Shown here piece by piece: positions 11,722 to 23,810 of a DNA stretch of 64,000 bases (the first letter of the stretch is position 1; each line of letters begins with the position of its first letter). The stretch is from Fonticula alba ATCC 38817 (lineage: Eukaryota > Protista > Nucleariida). The position numbers were made by a program, and so were the translations under genes. The stretch lies in the NCBI GenBank assembly GCA_000388065.2, contig KB932206.1. One strand, given 5' to 3'. Below the pieces are notes generated by a model that searched no databases, was not told where the DNA came from, and worked only from the letters and a program-made list of their open reading frames with translations.

Positions 11722-14221
11722 NNNNNNNNNNNNNNNNNNNNNNNNNNNNNNNNNNNNNNNNNNNNNNNNNNNNNNNNNNNNNNNNNNNNNNNNNNNNNNN
11801 NNNNNNNNNNNNNNNNNNNNNNNNNNNNNNNNNNNNNNNNNNNNNNNNNNNNNNNNNNNNNNNNNNNNNNNNNNNNNNNNNNNNNNNNNNNNNNNNNNNN
11901 NNNNNNNNNNNNNNNNNNNNNNNNNNNNNNNNNNNNNNNNNNNNNNNNNNNNNNNNNNNNNNNNNNNNNNNNNNNNNNNNNNNNNNNNNNNNNNNNNNNN
12001 NNNNNNNNNNNNNNNNNNNNNNNNNNNNNNNNNNNNNNNNNNNNNNNNNNNNNNNNNNNNNNNNNNNNNNNNNNNNNNNNNNNNNNNNNNNNNNNNNNNN
12101 NNNNNNNNNNNNNNNNNNNNNNNNNNNNNNNNNNNNNNNNNNNNNNNNNNNNNNNNNNNNNNNNNNNNNNNNNNNNNNNNNNNNNNNNNNNNNNNNNNNN
12201 NNNNNNNNNNNNNNNNNNNNNNNNNNNNNNNNNNNNNGAGGGGGGGGGGGGGGGTTCGTCGGGGAGCCGAGAAGCGGGAGACGCGCCCCGGGACCCAGCC
12301 AGCACGAAGATGCGAACGCCGGCCCAGCCCACCAGGCGCCGCGCTGGTCACCCCCGAAACCGGGGGCGGGGGGGGGGGGGATATCGCCGTTCAGGCGCCT
12401 GCATGCTTCTCCGGAAGGGCGCTGAGCGCGCTACCACAAGGTGAGGTGGAAAAAATAACAATGCTCTCTGCGTCCCATACCAGCATTCCCCTTCGCCCTC
12501 CCGGCCTCCCGCCGGTTTTTGGTACCACCCCATCACGCCCCGCGCCCCGCGCCCCGCACCCCCGGCCTGCCCCTGCCGCCGGCCGGCATCTGGGCGGGGT
12601 CGAGCGACGCAACAACGTGAGGAATCTCTGGCGCCGTGGGGACGTGTGCACACCGCAAGCGAACCTCCCCCCCCCCCCCCCGGGGGGGGGTGAAGAGCGG
12701 AACACCACCAGGTCAAGCCGCTGACTGGGAGGCGTGTGGCCGCGGCCCCGGGGCCCGGAGGCCGCGACCCATGTGTCAGCCGGTCGAGGCCGAGTTGGCT
12801 CTCTCTGTGCCCAGGGGGGGTGGTGTGCGACCGAGCGCAGAGAACCCCGGGCTTACCATGGGCCTTCTCTTCTGAGAAGATCCCCTCCCCCCTTCCCCCA
12901 GAAGAAAAGACCGGCGCCCCCCCCCCCCCCCCCCCCGCGGATCCGCTGCTGTCCATAGGCTGGCCCCAGCGGCCGACCGACCGGCACAAAAGGGTAGGCG
13001 CGGGAGGCACACCAGAGGTCAAATCCAGGGAGAGGGAGAGAGAGAGAGAGGCAGGGACGACTGGCGAGGCGCACACCGCGTCTGGTGACAAGTCGACGAA
13101 GAGGATAAAATGATGTGCCTGCCCCGGGGCAGCAGGTTGCGGCTGCGGCCGCCGACGGGTGCCGCATCGCGCCCGCCCAAACCCTGAGGTATCTCAAAAT
13201 GTCCCCCCGCCTGGCAGCCGCATTTCTCAGGCTTTCGGCCTCCGGCGCGCCAGCGGACGGGCACCAGCCTTGGCGCCCTGGGCGGGATCTCCGACCTGCA
13301 TGTCTCACGCCGGGGGCCGGGGGGGGGGGGGNNNNNNNNNNNNNNNNNNNNNNNNNNNNNNNNNNNNNNNNNNNNNNNNNNNNNNNNNNNNNNNNNNNNN
13401 NNNNNNNNNNNNNNNNNNNNNNNNNNNNNNNNNNNNNNNNNNNNNNNNNNNNNNNNNNNNNNNNNNNNNNNNNNNNNNNNNNNNNNNNNNNNNNNNNNNN
13501 NNNNNNNNNNNNNNNNNNNNNNNNNNNNNNNNNNNNNNNNNNNNNNNNNNNNNNNNNNNNNNNNNNNNNNNNNNNNNNNNNNNNNNNNNNNNNNNNNNNN
13601 NNNNNNNNNNNNNNNNNNNNNNNNNNNNNNNNNNNNNNNNNNNNNNNNNNNNNNNNNNNNNNNNNNNNNNNNNNNNNNNNNNNNNNNNNNNNNNNNNNNN
13701 NNNNNNNNNNNNNNNNNNNNNNNNNNNNNNNNNNNNNNNNNNNNNNNNNNNNNNNNNNNNNNNNNNNNNNNNNNNNNNNNNNNNNNNNNNNNNNNNNNNN
13801 NNNNNNNNNNNNNNNNNNNNNNNNNNNNNNNNNNNNNNNNNNNNNNNNNNNNNNNNNNNNNNNNNNNNNNNNNNNNNNNNNNNNNNNNNNNNNNNNNNNN
13901 NNNNNNNNNNNNNNNNNNNNNNNNNNNNNNNNNNNNNNNNNNNNNNNNNNNNNNNNNNNNNNNNNNNNNNNNNNNNNNNNNNNNNNNNNNNNNNNNNNNN
14001 NNNNNNNNNNNNNNNNNNNNNNNNNNNNNNNNNNNNNNNNNNNNNNNNNNNNNNNNNNNNNNNNNNNNNNNNNNNNNNNNNNNNNNNNNNNNNNNNNNNN
14101 NNNNNNNNNNNNNNNNNNNNNNNNNNNNNNNNNNNNNNNNNNNNNNNNNNNNNNNNNNNNNNNNNNNNNNNNNNNNNNNNNNNNNNNNNNNNNNNNNNNN
14201 NNNNNNNNNNNNNNNNNNNNN
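11722..14221. other. Two large assembly gaps (11722-12237 and 13332-14221) around a contig probably holding the Ras 5' UTR/promoter
   Basis: N runs seen directly. A minus-strand donor-like site ATG|GTAAGC near 12855 suggests a 5' UTR exon. Confidence 0.6.
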
Positions 14222-15279
14222 GCTCCGGACGTTGGACAATGAGACGCAATGCCGGCCTTAATATTTGTCCATATTAAAATTGTCCCGGGGAGTGGCTCGC
14301 GCGCTCAGTTTCCCCCTCCCCCCCCCCCGCGGCTTTCTGCCCAACTCCGCCACACTTTCCGGTCTTTGGCTTTTCGGCGCCGGTCGGTGTTCGCATCCAG
14401 GCCAGGTTCCACGAAAGTGAAATGATATTCATTTCCCATTTCAGTGGCTGCCTGCAGCCCCAGCGGGGAAAGCCCCCTCCTGGCCAGGCCGGAGACGCGT
14501 GGGGTTGCACACCGCGCTGGCGGGCTATCCGCCTGTGTCCAAACGCACGCACACGCACCACACATGTGCAGCACCTCCTCCCTTCAGGGAGCATACTTTT
14601 GAAACGGATATCTCCCCCCCGCCCCCCCTCCGGCTGACTGCGGCTGGTGGCTCCCACTCTCAGCCTGAAACCCGCGCGTGTGGTGGTCGTCCATCCCCTC
14701 CCCCCCCCACCCCCCCCCCCCGCCGGGGTATCCGGCCCCCTCCCCTCCCGCGCCGAAACCCGAAGACAGCCCCCGCAGTCGCCTTCCTGACCCCCTTCCG
14801 GAGGAGGGAGGCAGGGAGACCGATCTCTCGGCGACCCATCCGCAGGCGCTGCCTCCCCACCGTCCTTGGGAGCGAAGGACGTTACGCCCCCCCCCCCCCC
14901 CGCCCCGCGCCCAGTCGCCTTTGGGCTCGCGGGAAATCGTGGCACTGAGTCGGCGGTCCCGGCCCGGCACGTGAGGAAGCATTTCACAAGTTAGACACAT
15001 CACGCGGAGATGGGCGCTCCACAATCCACCCCCGCACCCCGCCCTGCGTTGGTGCGCGGATCTGCGGGAATCCCCCCCCCCCCCCCCCGGACCACCAGCC
15101 CGCGGCGCCGAGGCGGACGTGAAGGGCCGGGCAGTTCGTTGGCAAAAGAGAAGTGATGCCTCCCAGCACCCTTTCCCCGGGCGTCGGGGATCTTTCACAC
15201 ACGCACACACAACTTTCCCCTCCCCCCCGATCGCACCTGCCCCGCCTGCCCGCCTCCGCCCCCGCCCCGCCCGCCAGCC

Positions 15280-15487
15280 ATGACCACCCTCTCATTCCCC
15301 GGCGTGTCATGCATGCTCCTCGACATTGAGGGCACCACCACATCCATCTCCTTCGTGCATGACGTCCTCTTCCCGTATGCCGCTGCCAACCTGGAGGCCT
15401 TCCTCCGGTCGCACCCGACCGATCCCAATGTCATCCGACACACTAACCTGCTGGTGGAGGAGGTGTGTTTGTATTTTGCCGTCGCCC

Positions 15488-15563
<76 letters not shown>

Positions 15564-16629
15564 NNNNNNNNNNNNNNNNNNNNNNNNNNNNNNNNNNNNN
15601 NNNNNNNNNNNNNNNNNNNNNNNNNNNNNNNNNNNNNNNNNNNNNNNNNNNNNNNNNNNNNNNNCCCCCCCCCCCCCCCCCCCCCGCGGGCTTGCTCCCA
15701 TCATCCAAGCCCTCCTGCCGCCTTGGCATCCCCGCCGGCCTGGCATTCCCGCTACTTTCTCACCTTTTCTCCTGTTGTCCCCGCTGCTCGCCACTCGCCG
15801 CTTGCCGCTTGCCGCTTGCCGCTCGCCGCTCGCCGCTCGCCGCACCCACATCCACATCCACACATGGATCAGTGCGCCGCTGAGAGCGCCTACCCACATG
15901 CGCCGTTGGGCCCTTCCCCCTCGGTGGAGGAGCTGATGCAGTACATTCGCTTCCTGATGGCCGCTGACCGCAAGAGCCCCGGTCTCAAGGGTCTCCAGGG
16001 CCAGTGCTGGGATGCTGCCTACCGGTCGGGCCTGGTCAAGGGCCACCTTTTCGCGGACGTCCTGCCGGCCTTCCGTCGCTGGTCCACCTCCCTCCCCAAG
16101 GGAGTCGCAATCTATTCCTCGGGCAGCGTCCGTGCGTGGCCATGTTCATCCTCTTTCTCGGGATTCCTTGTCCCCTTCCTCGCTGATCATCCATGTCCGG
16201 TGTCCCAGCCGCCCAGCGCCTGCTCTTCGGCTTCTCCGAGGAGGGCGACCTTACCCCGTACCTGGTGGATTACTTTGACACCGGTGTCGGGGCCAAGATT
16301 CACGCGTCCAGCTACGCTACCATTACCCAGCGTCTGGATGTCTCCCCCGGGGCCATCCTCTTTGCCAGTGACAATCCCCTCGGTGCGCCACGGTCACCGC
16401 CTCTCCTGTCTGCCTGCCTGCCTGCCTGCCTGCCCGCATCGCCCGTTCACCACTAACCTCCCCTTCGGCCCGCTTCCCTTTAGAGCTGCTTGCTGCCCAC
16501 GAGGCCGGACTGCAGGCGGTCCTGCTTGATCGCCCGGGCAATGCTCCGATCAGCTCGGAGATGGCCGCCCGCCTGGAGGCCCTGCACATCGGCACTGTCC
16601 AGAGCTTCGCTCAAATTGAGCTCCCCTAG
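15280..16629 (+). CDS. ENOPH1: Enolase-phosphatase E1 (methionine salvage, HAD superfamily)
   Basis: Four exons: 15280-15462, ~15870-16131, ~16210-16382, ~16484-16629. Motifs LLDIEGTTTSISFVHDVLFPYA, DRKSPGLKGLQG, IYSSGSV, AQRLLFG, YFDT, ILFASD and RPGNAP. An N-gap and poly-C lie in intron 1. Confidence 0.93.
15489..15583. repeat. Poly-C homopolymer (95 nt) adjoining an N-gap in ENOPH1 intron 1
   Basis: Seen directly; the length is unreliable. Confidence 0.8.
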
Positions 16630-16893
16630 GGGCCGCCACATGCTCTTACACGCACACCCACACACACACACACGGACTGCTGTTCCCAGTTGACCCACCC
16701 CACTTGGATATACACCTACGCCGAAGAGACCGATGGGGTTTTTGTGTCTTATTTGTCTGTTTGCACACCGGGGCCATGGCGGCCTCCGGGGGCATGGCGT
16801 GTGCACGGTGGCGCGGGCGAAGACATGGGTGGAGGAGTCGACATGGGCAAAAGGCGGGGCAGCTACTTCCGTCGTCCACAGACAGCAAAGCAC

Positions 16894-18015
16894 TCAAACT
16901 ATCGACAGCTGCTTCAGGAGGGCAGCCCGGCGCGCCGCAACACCAGCGCACACCGCGTCATTCAGCAGGCTCAGCAGACCAAAGCCACGGGGCTCGACCT
17001 GGCGGACGGCCGCCGAGGTGGCCCCACCGACCACCGTCCCGGCGGCCAAGGTGAAGCCGAGCCACCGGTCAGAACCAAGAGACAGAACACTGCCCACCCC
17101 GGTGGACACAACCTCCTCGTCGGCGGTCGGGTCGACCAGGAGCAGCGGACGCGCCAGCGGGCTGTCGGTCGCCTGGCCGGCCAACGAAGCCGACGCCGGG
17201 ACCATGCCGAAGGACAGGGACATCGGCACCGACCGCAGGGTCAGTCGCCGGGGCTGGGCGCCAGCCGGGGCGGCCTGAAGCGAGGCGGTCCCCGTGCTGG
17301 TGTCGAAAGTGATGTTCGGCAGGGCCAAATCGCGCAGGGCGCCCACAGCGGCCGCCAGCGCGGCGTCCAACAGGCCGCCATCGTATGCCACGCAAACGAT
17401 GTCCAAATACACCACCATCACGCATTGGCCCTCATGCACGCAGAGCTGGCTCATATCCACGCAGCCGGACTGCAGCAGATAGTCGGCCAGGCGCTTGCTC
17501 AGGACCTGTGCCTGGTCCGAGGGAAGCCCGCTCGGGGCCAGACGGCCAGCTTCGGACGAACTGCCGCCCGTGATGATGACATTCGGAATGACGAAGCCAT
17601 GCCCCGGGGCCGAAGCCAGCGGAGCACCAATCTCCACCTTGGCCCCCGCCACGACGGTCGTATTGCCGATGCGTGCGGTCGCCGACCCCTCGGCCGAGGA
17701 GACCGTGCCTGGGACGCCGACGTGTGTGTGCGCGCGCGCGCGTGTGTGTGTGTGTGTGTGTAGCCGGGCGCGCGGGGGCGGGCGCATACGCGAACGTCAG
17801 TCACGAAGCAATGATGGAGACACAGACCATGTCCGTGGGACGGGCCATCTCGAGGGGCGTGATTACATACCAAGAGCGAGCTCCAGAGGACGCATCGCAT
17901 CAAATTGGCGCCCATCCCCGCGGACATTGTGCAGGGCCAGGGCAGAAATGTAGTCCTGAGGGTGGATAACCCGGAGTAGCTCGGGGGTGACGTCCTCGTT
18001 GTAGGAGAGGGACAT
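16894..18015 (-). CDS. EXOSC8: Exosome core RNase PH-like subunit RRP43
   Basis: Exons 17871-18015 and 16894-17708 (960 nt). Motifs IHPQDYI...RGDGRQFDAMRP, SAEGSATARIGNTTVVAGAKVEI, GFVIPNV, and VYLDIVCVAYDGGLLDAALAAAVGALRDLALP. Confidence 0.9.
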
Positions 18016-18403
18016 GGCGACGCGCTCGGGTCTCCTTCTGCGGGGGAAGGGGCGAGTAGATGGGACAAAAGGAAGGAGGCAGACACAAAAAGAGGAACAA
18101 GCACAGGGGTATCCGGGCGAGTGGAGGGAGGGGCTGCAGGAGGGGGATCTGGCCGCGTTCACCAGGGAAGGGGGCCCGTCTGGCTTCGCCTTGTATATCC
18201 TCCCTTTGGTCGGTGGTCTCTTCTGGGGGACGGGGGGGGGGGTAGCGAAGACCGCACATTGCGTTCCTTGTCCCGGCCCTCCGGCCCCCCTTCCGGCCCA
18301 TGATGGCCTGACATCAGAGGGCATGTGCCAACGTATCCATGTTCGCCGGGAGCTGTTCTGCGCGTGGCTCGGCCCGTCGCGCGCACCTTCACACCCGCGG
18401 GTG

Positions 18404-18434
<31 letters not shown>

Positions 18435-18673
18435 AGGAGATCCCCCCCGCCTCGGGTTTCCCGCCGGGCCCTGGCGAGGAAGCCGCCCGTGCTACGCGCC
18501 TCCCTCAATGAGGATGTCGGAGAAAGACACAGAGACAAGTGAGGAAGGGGAAAGGTGGGGAGAGAGAGAGGAGAGAGGAGAGAGGAGAGAGGAGAGAGAG
18601 GAGGGAGAGAGAGGAGAGGAGAGAGACAGAGAGAGGAGAGGAGAGAGACAGAGAGAGAGACAGAGAGAGAGAC

Positions 18674-18705
<32 letters not shown>

Positions 18706-19003
18706 CAGAGAGAGAGAGAGACAGAGANNNNNNNNNNGGGCCAGGAGATCTCCCCCGCCTCGGGTTTCCCGCCGGGCCCTGGCGAGGAAGCCGCCCGTGC
18801 TACGCGCCTCCCTCAATGAGGATGTCGGAGAAAGACACAGAGACTACTTGTAGTATGGCAGATCGGGAGACACCCTGCCGGTGAGAATGCGCCGCTGGTG
18901 CTCGTCAGCTCTCCCTCCATTCCCTCCTCCTCCCTCCTTTTCTGTGTCTAGCCCCGCCTCCGCCAGGTTCCCCTCCCCGTGAGCCCGTCAAGAAAAAAAA
19001 AGA

Positions 19004-19838
19004 ATGTCCTGCGGTGTCACTGTTCCCTACTACTCCGAGCCGGCTGTGAAGATTAGCATCGTACGTTGCCCCTTCTTCGACACACACGCGCACACGCACA
19101 CTCGTGTGCACGCACGCACGCACGCACGCACACTCGTGTGCACGCACGCACGCACGCACGCACACTCGTGTGCACGCACGCACGCACGCACACTCGTGTG
19201 CACGCACGCACGCACGCACGCACGCAGTCCGCCTGCACATGTGCCTGTTCTCCTGGCCGTTATCTCCCTGACTCACCAATTTGCCTGTGCAACCCCGATG
19301 CAACTCCAGCTCCCTGAGGTTGACTCCAACCCGGCGGCCGCCACTTTTGTCCTCTTCAATGAGGACCACACCCTCGGCAACTCCCTGCGTCACCTGCTGA
19401 TGCGCAAGTGCGCCCCTCCCCCCTCCTTGCCCAGCCTGTTCCGGATGTTCCTCCCCCGCAAGTCCTCTCGGGTCTCTGATCATGTTTCTTCTTCCTCCTC
19501 CCCACCCCTCTCCTCCGGCACAGCCCTCGTGTGGTGTATTGCGGCTACAGCGCGCCCCACCCCACCGAGGAGAAGATCCACCTTCGCATCCAGACCGAGG
19601 AGGGTACGCAGCCTGGTCTTTCGCCCGCTGGACCCATCACTTCGCCCGACCTGACCCCTCCCTTGTCCGCCTCCCCGTCCCTGCTCCAGGATACACCGCG
19701 GTTGAGGCCCTGCAGAAGAGCCTGGACGATCTGGTGTCCGTTTGCGACCACATGCTTGACACCTTCACCGAGAGTGTCACCGAGTTCGCCACCGCAATCG
19801 AGGCTTCGGAGGGGACCGCCGACCAGATGCAGGAGTAA
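19004..19838 (+). CDS. POLR1D: RNA polymerase I/III shared subunit AC19 (RPAC2)
   Basis: Exons 19004-19060, 19310-19407, 19524-19603, 19690-19838. Product [47 protein letters not shown]...AVEALQKSLDDLVSVCDH matches the AC19/RPB11 family signature. Confidence 0.95.
19081..19227. repeat. (GCAC)n array with four CACACTCGTGTG near-palindromes in POLR1D intron 1
   Basis: Copies at 19097, 19129, 19161 and 19189 (spacing 32, 32, 28). Confidence 0.9.
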
Positions 19839-20165
19839 GGCATTCCCTCTCCGGAAGGCGGCATGTCACCCTCCCTGCCCCGTGCGCTTCCGCTCTCCGC
19901 CCGTCTCCTTCCCTGTCCCCGCCTGGGAAGAGCACGCCACTGCCTGTCGGTGCAGGCCAATAGAAATCGAAACCCAGCATCTCTTCCTCCCGAATGGTCG
20001 AAGAAGAAGCACCGGTGGGGTGTATTGCTGGGGAGGGCGGTGGGAGATGCCCCGCGCAGGCCCTCTCCCAACAGCCCCCTCCACCCTGTACCCCACGTCG
20101 GTCCCTTCCCCGGGTTCTCCCATGCGGGTGCCGGGGGAAATAGCGATCGAGGGGGAATCATGGGG

Positions 20166-21749
20166 TTACCCCTTGAGCCAATCCAAGAAGAGCAGGGTCA
20201 GCGTCAGGCCGACCATGATGAAAAGCCACATCTTCCGGGAGCTGCTCGTGTGCTTGATGGCGGACTTCATATGTCGGTTGCCAGACCGGATGAGTTCGGT
20301 GGTTCTGCGGGGCAGACGCGTCAGGGCAAGCGAGGGGACAGGCAACAGAGGAGGGAGGAAGACAAGAAAAAGAAACACAAGAAAGTGGCCAAAGAGCGAG
20401 ACAGGCGAAAGGGAAGCCCGGGCAAGCATACTCGATGGCCTCCGAATAGAGGCGTTCAATCTGGGCGGCCTGCTCTTTCACATGATTGGCGATGATGCTC
20501 TCCTGGGAGGAGATATGCTGGATGAGCGTCTGCAGGCGACTGGGGGGGGGGAGCAGGGGCGAGGGGGTGATGCTGTGAGTGGGACGGAGGGGGGGGGGGC
20601 GGACGAGAAATGGGCCGAACAGGGCCCCGGCGTGTCAGCAACGTACTGGATGTCCGGCTGAATGCCCACCATCTCGGCAAAGAGACTGTCCGATTGCAGC
20701 AGTGCCGAGGCCAGCTCTTCATTGCGGCGGTGGTCAGGCACGGTGGGCGAGTCGGGCGAGTCGAGGGATGGGGAGGAGACACCCGGCCGATGGTGCCGAG
20801 CGGTGGTTGTGCCGGAGGACAACCCCCGCGAAAGGGTCGACCCCCCCGCATCGGTGACCCCGGTCAGGGTGTGGCGACTCAGCATGTCGGCCGAGTCAAA
20901 ATCCTTCCTGCATGGTGCGGTTTGTCAGTCGACGGCCGAGCATGATGCCGGCAGCACCGGCGGGGGAGAGAGGGAGAGAGACAGATCAAGAGGGGGGAGA
21001 GGCAATGGCCAAGGCCATGCATGCGAAAGGGGTCATGAGGGCGCACAGCTGGAGGGTCTCCATGGCTCGCCGGGCACGGGCCTGGATGGCACGAGACGCC
21101 TGGGTTTCGGTCCGATCCAGGAGTGTCATCAGGCAGGAAAGAACACCGAGCAGGTGCGCAAACAGATGGCTGCACTGCGGGTCATAGTCCGGGGCATCGG
21201 CCGGGCCCTGGGTTTGGGCTGCCTGGCGCTGGAGGGCAGTTTGCAGCTGATTAACATCCACCAGGATGGCGCCCAGACGTTGGCGCACGCGCGACCCTGC
21301 GCGCTCCTCCTGGAGCTGAAGCACTTCGACATCTTTGCCGGGGCCCTGGCCCCCGGGAAGAGGCCCACGGGCTTCCAAGTCGCGAACCAGTGCCCCCACT
21401 TCCCGGATGTCGGAGGCGATTTTCTCCGTGGCCGTGTGGAACATGGACAGGAAGGATTCCAGGGGGGGGCGTTTGGCCGATGGCAGTCCGGGCCAGGGCC
21501 CAGCACGGGTGGGCGCCTTCGCTGAGGATCCCGCGGCCCGGGTCGCTTGCTGAGGAGCGCACACATGTGTGTGTGGTTAGATGCGGGAGGATTGGAAATG
21601 GGCCGGGAAAGGGGACAGACATTCACATCAGGTGGCCCGAAGGAGGTCGCCGGTCAGGCTCCAGCGAGATGGCCCAAGCAGCCACGCACAGAAATCAACG
21701 CAGACTGGAAGTCATCCATCCGGTTTCGGCAATTCTCAGCCAGCATCAT
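20166..21749 (-). CDS. STX18: Syntaxin-18/Ufe1/SYP81 (ER Qa-SNARE)
   Basis: Multi-exon gene; exon 1 is 21690-21749 (MMLAENCRNRMDDFQSALIS). Habc-like FHTATEKIASDIREV...HLLGVLSCL, SNARE helix HMKEQAAQIERLYSEAIE...GNRHMKSAIKHTSSSRK, and C-terminal TM ending LLFLDWLKG, the STX18/SYP81 LFLDW signature. Confidence 0.88.
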
Positions 21750-22845
21750 GGCTCCGAAAATGGCAGTGGAAAGGGCCGCGTCCGGAAGGGCGTGATGTGC
21801 ACTTGGGTGGAGGTGTGTCTCCAAATGTATGTGTGGGTGTGTGGGTGGGTGTGTGTGTTTGTTGGGAGGGGAGTAGGGTACGTGGCTGGTTCCAGCGCTG
21901 CGGAGCCATCCAAGGACACAGCCTCTTCAGCTGCCGCACACGACCGGCCGGTATGGTTAACCGAGACACCTCCGGTGCTGCGGCAACGCCAGACCCAAGC
22001 GGCGGAGAGGAGAGCACACATCCCTCCCTCCTTGCTCAGGACGTCCTCCCTTCCGCCGGATTCAAGGGCCCTATTTGCTGATGGCCGAGGGGATCATTTG
22101 GCCGCGATCGGCCGGTCAGCAGGAGGCGCGTCGGCTGCTTCCTCCGTGTCCCTACGCTACCCCCACTCCCCCAAGGGGATATGGGGGGGGGGGGGCCGGT
22201 ACGCTTCAGAGCGATCGGCTGGGACGCCCGACCCGGTCCGAAGTGCCAACTCAAGCAGAGCTGGAAGTGATCGCGTGCCTTCGTCACGCGTCATCCCACA
22301 TGCGCGGCAGTGGGAAACAGGCCCGGGCATCTCCTTGTCCAAGCTCTCGCATGCATCGCACGCAGGCCCATCGGCGCGGAGCATAATCCCCGGCGGTGCC
22401 CGGTCAGCGTTCTCACCGTGGGGGCCACCGGGGCCGGGGGCCCGAGAGATATGCGTTTTTTTTTCTTGTGGGGCGGGGGCAGGTGGCACATCCCCCCGTT
22501 GGAGAGGGTAGGGGCGGCGGGGGGTCCCGAGCATCGGGACTGCGTGGTCACCCCTGCACCCCTCCTCGAATGGCGATGTGGGGTGCTTGCGCGGGAACAC
22601 ACCCGGCACCGAGTTATCCATCCTCCCCCGGCGCGGTGCATTGGCGAGCGGAGGATGGGGCCGGCCGGTCGGGGGTGCCATATTCCCCTTTGCGCCGCCC
22701 CCCCCCCCCCCCCCCGAGGCGGTGCTACCGATTCCAGCCAGGGCGGGACGGGGGCGACCTGTTGGCGTGGCCCCCGCCCGAAGGCGGGCCGTCCCCGGTG
22801 CCTTGGCGCGCGGCGGCTGGGGCCGGCCGGTCGGGGGTGCCCTCT

Positions 22846-22876
<31 letters not shown>

Positions 22877-23810
22877 ACCAGCGGGTGCGGCCAATTTCCC
22901 AGGGCCGGGCGGTCACTCGGCCCGCTCGTGCTCTACGAGGGTCGGGCAAGCCAGCCGGCGTGCGGACGAGGGGCCCGAGCGGGGAGGGGGAGGAGGGGGG
23001 GGGGGGGCACCCGACTTCCCCGGGCGAAGGCCAACAGAGTTCGGCCAGGACAAACGTCTGCGGGGGCGGGGAAAAATAAAAACGAAAATACACTTGGCCC
23101 GGCGGGGCGTGCCATCCAATTTGCGTCCCCTTCCGTCTGTTATTATGATCCCAGCCGGCCGACGTGTGGGCCCATTCCCCCGCCCCCGGGCCGTGGTCGG
23201 GACCGGCCACGCACACCCACGCGCCAACGCCCGGGCCGGTCCGGGATTTTTACCCCATCACCACCCCGCCAGCGGCCCTCGGACAGACCCGCTCGCAGAC
23301 ACACCCGCGAGCAAACGCACGCGCTTGCACACGCTAATGCAGGGGGCACAGGCCCCAGCCGATCACTCGCTTCCCAGGTGCTGCCGGCCCCCTTCGGGAA
23401 TGGGGGGGGGGGGGGCGGGAGGGGCGGGTGACCCCCGGCGAACCATCGCGCGTCTCTCCCCCTCCCCCCAAACACGCGAACACACCAGCCAGGGAGCTTG
23501 ACACGGTGCGGCGGCGAGTCCTTCCTGCCTGGACACCAGTCCGCCCGGCCCTCTCGCCGCCGCTGGCGCCGCGTGTCCCCGGGAAGCTCCTCCCAAGTCC
23601 CCGGAGCAGGAGCCCCTGGTGAGCATCTGCAGTGAAGAGGTGCCCGAGCCCGCCTCCGGAGGGAGGGAGGGAGGAGTACATCCCCNNNNNNNNNNNNNNN
23701 NNNNNNNNNNNNNNNNNNNNNNNNNNNNNNNNNNNNNNNNNCCCCCCCCCCCCCCCCCTCTCCCCTCCTCTCTCGCTCCATCCGCTCCCGCCCTCCGGTC
23801 CTCTCACACT

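Noticed and set aside
11527-14277. Long ORFs in the track spanning X runs
   Set aside because: They are created by translating N-gaps.
14505-14525. Hairpin GCGTGG-GGTTGCACA-CCGCGC resembling U1 stem-loop II
   Set aside because: There is no ACTTACCTG 5' end, stem-loop I or Sm site in the right order nearby.
22630-22880. Imperfect ~60-bp direct repeat ahead of poly-C runs
   Set aside because: The differences are almost all A-to-C substitutions next to homopolymers, typical of a low-quality read duplicated by the assembler.
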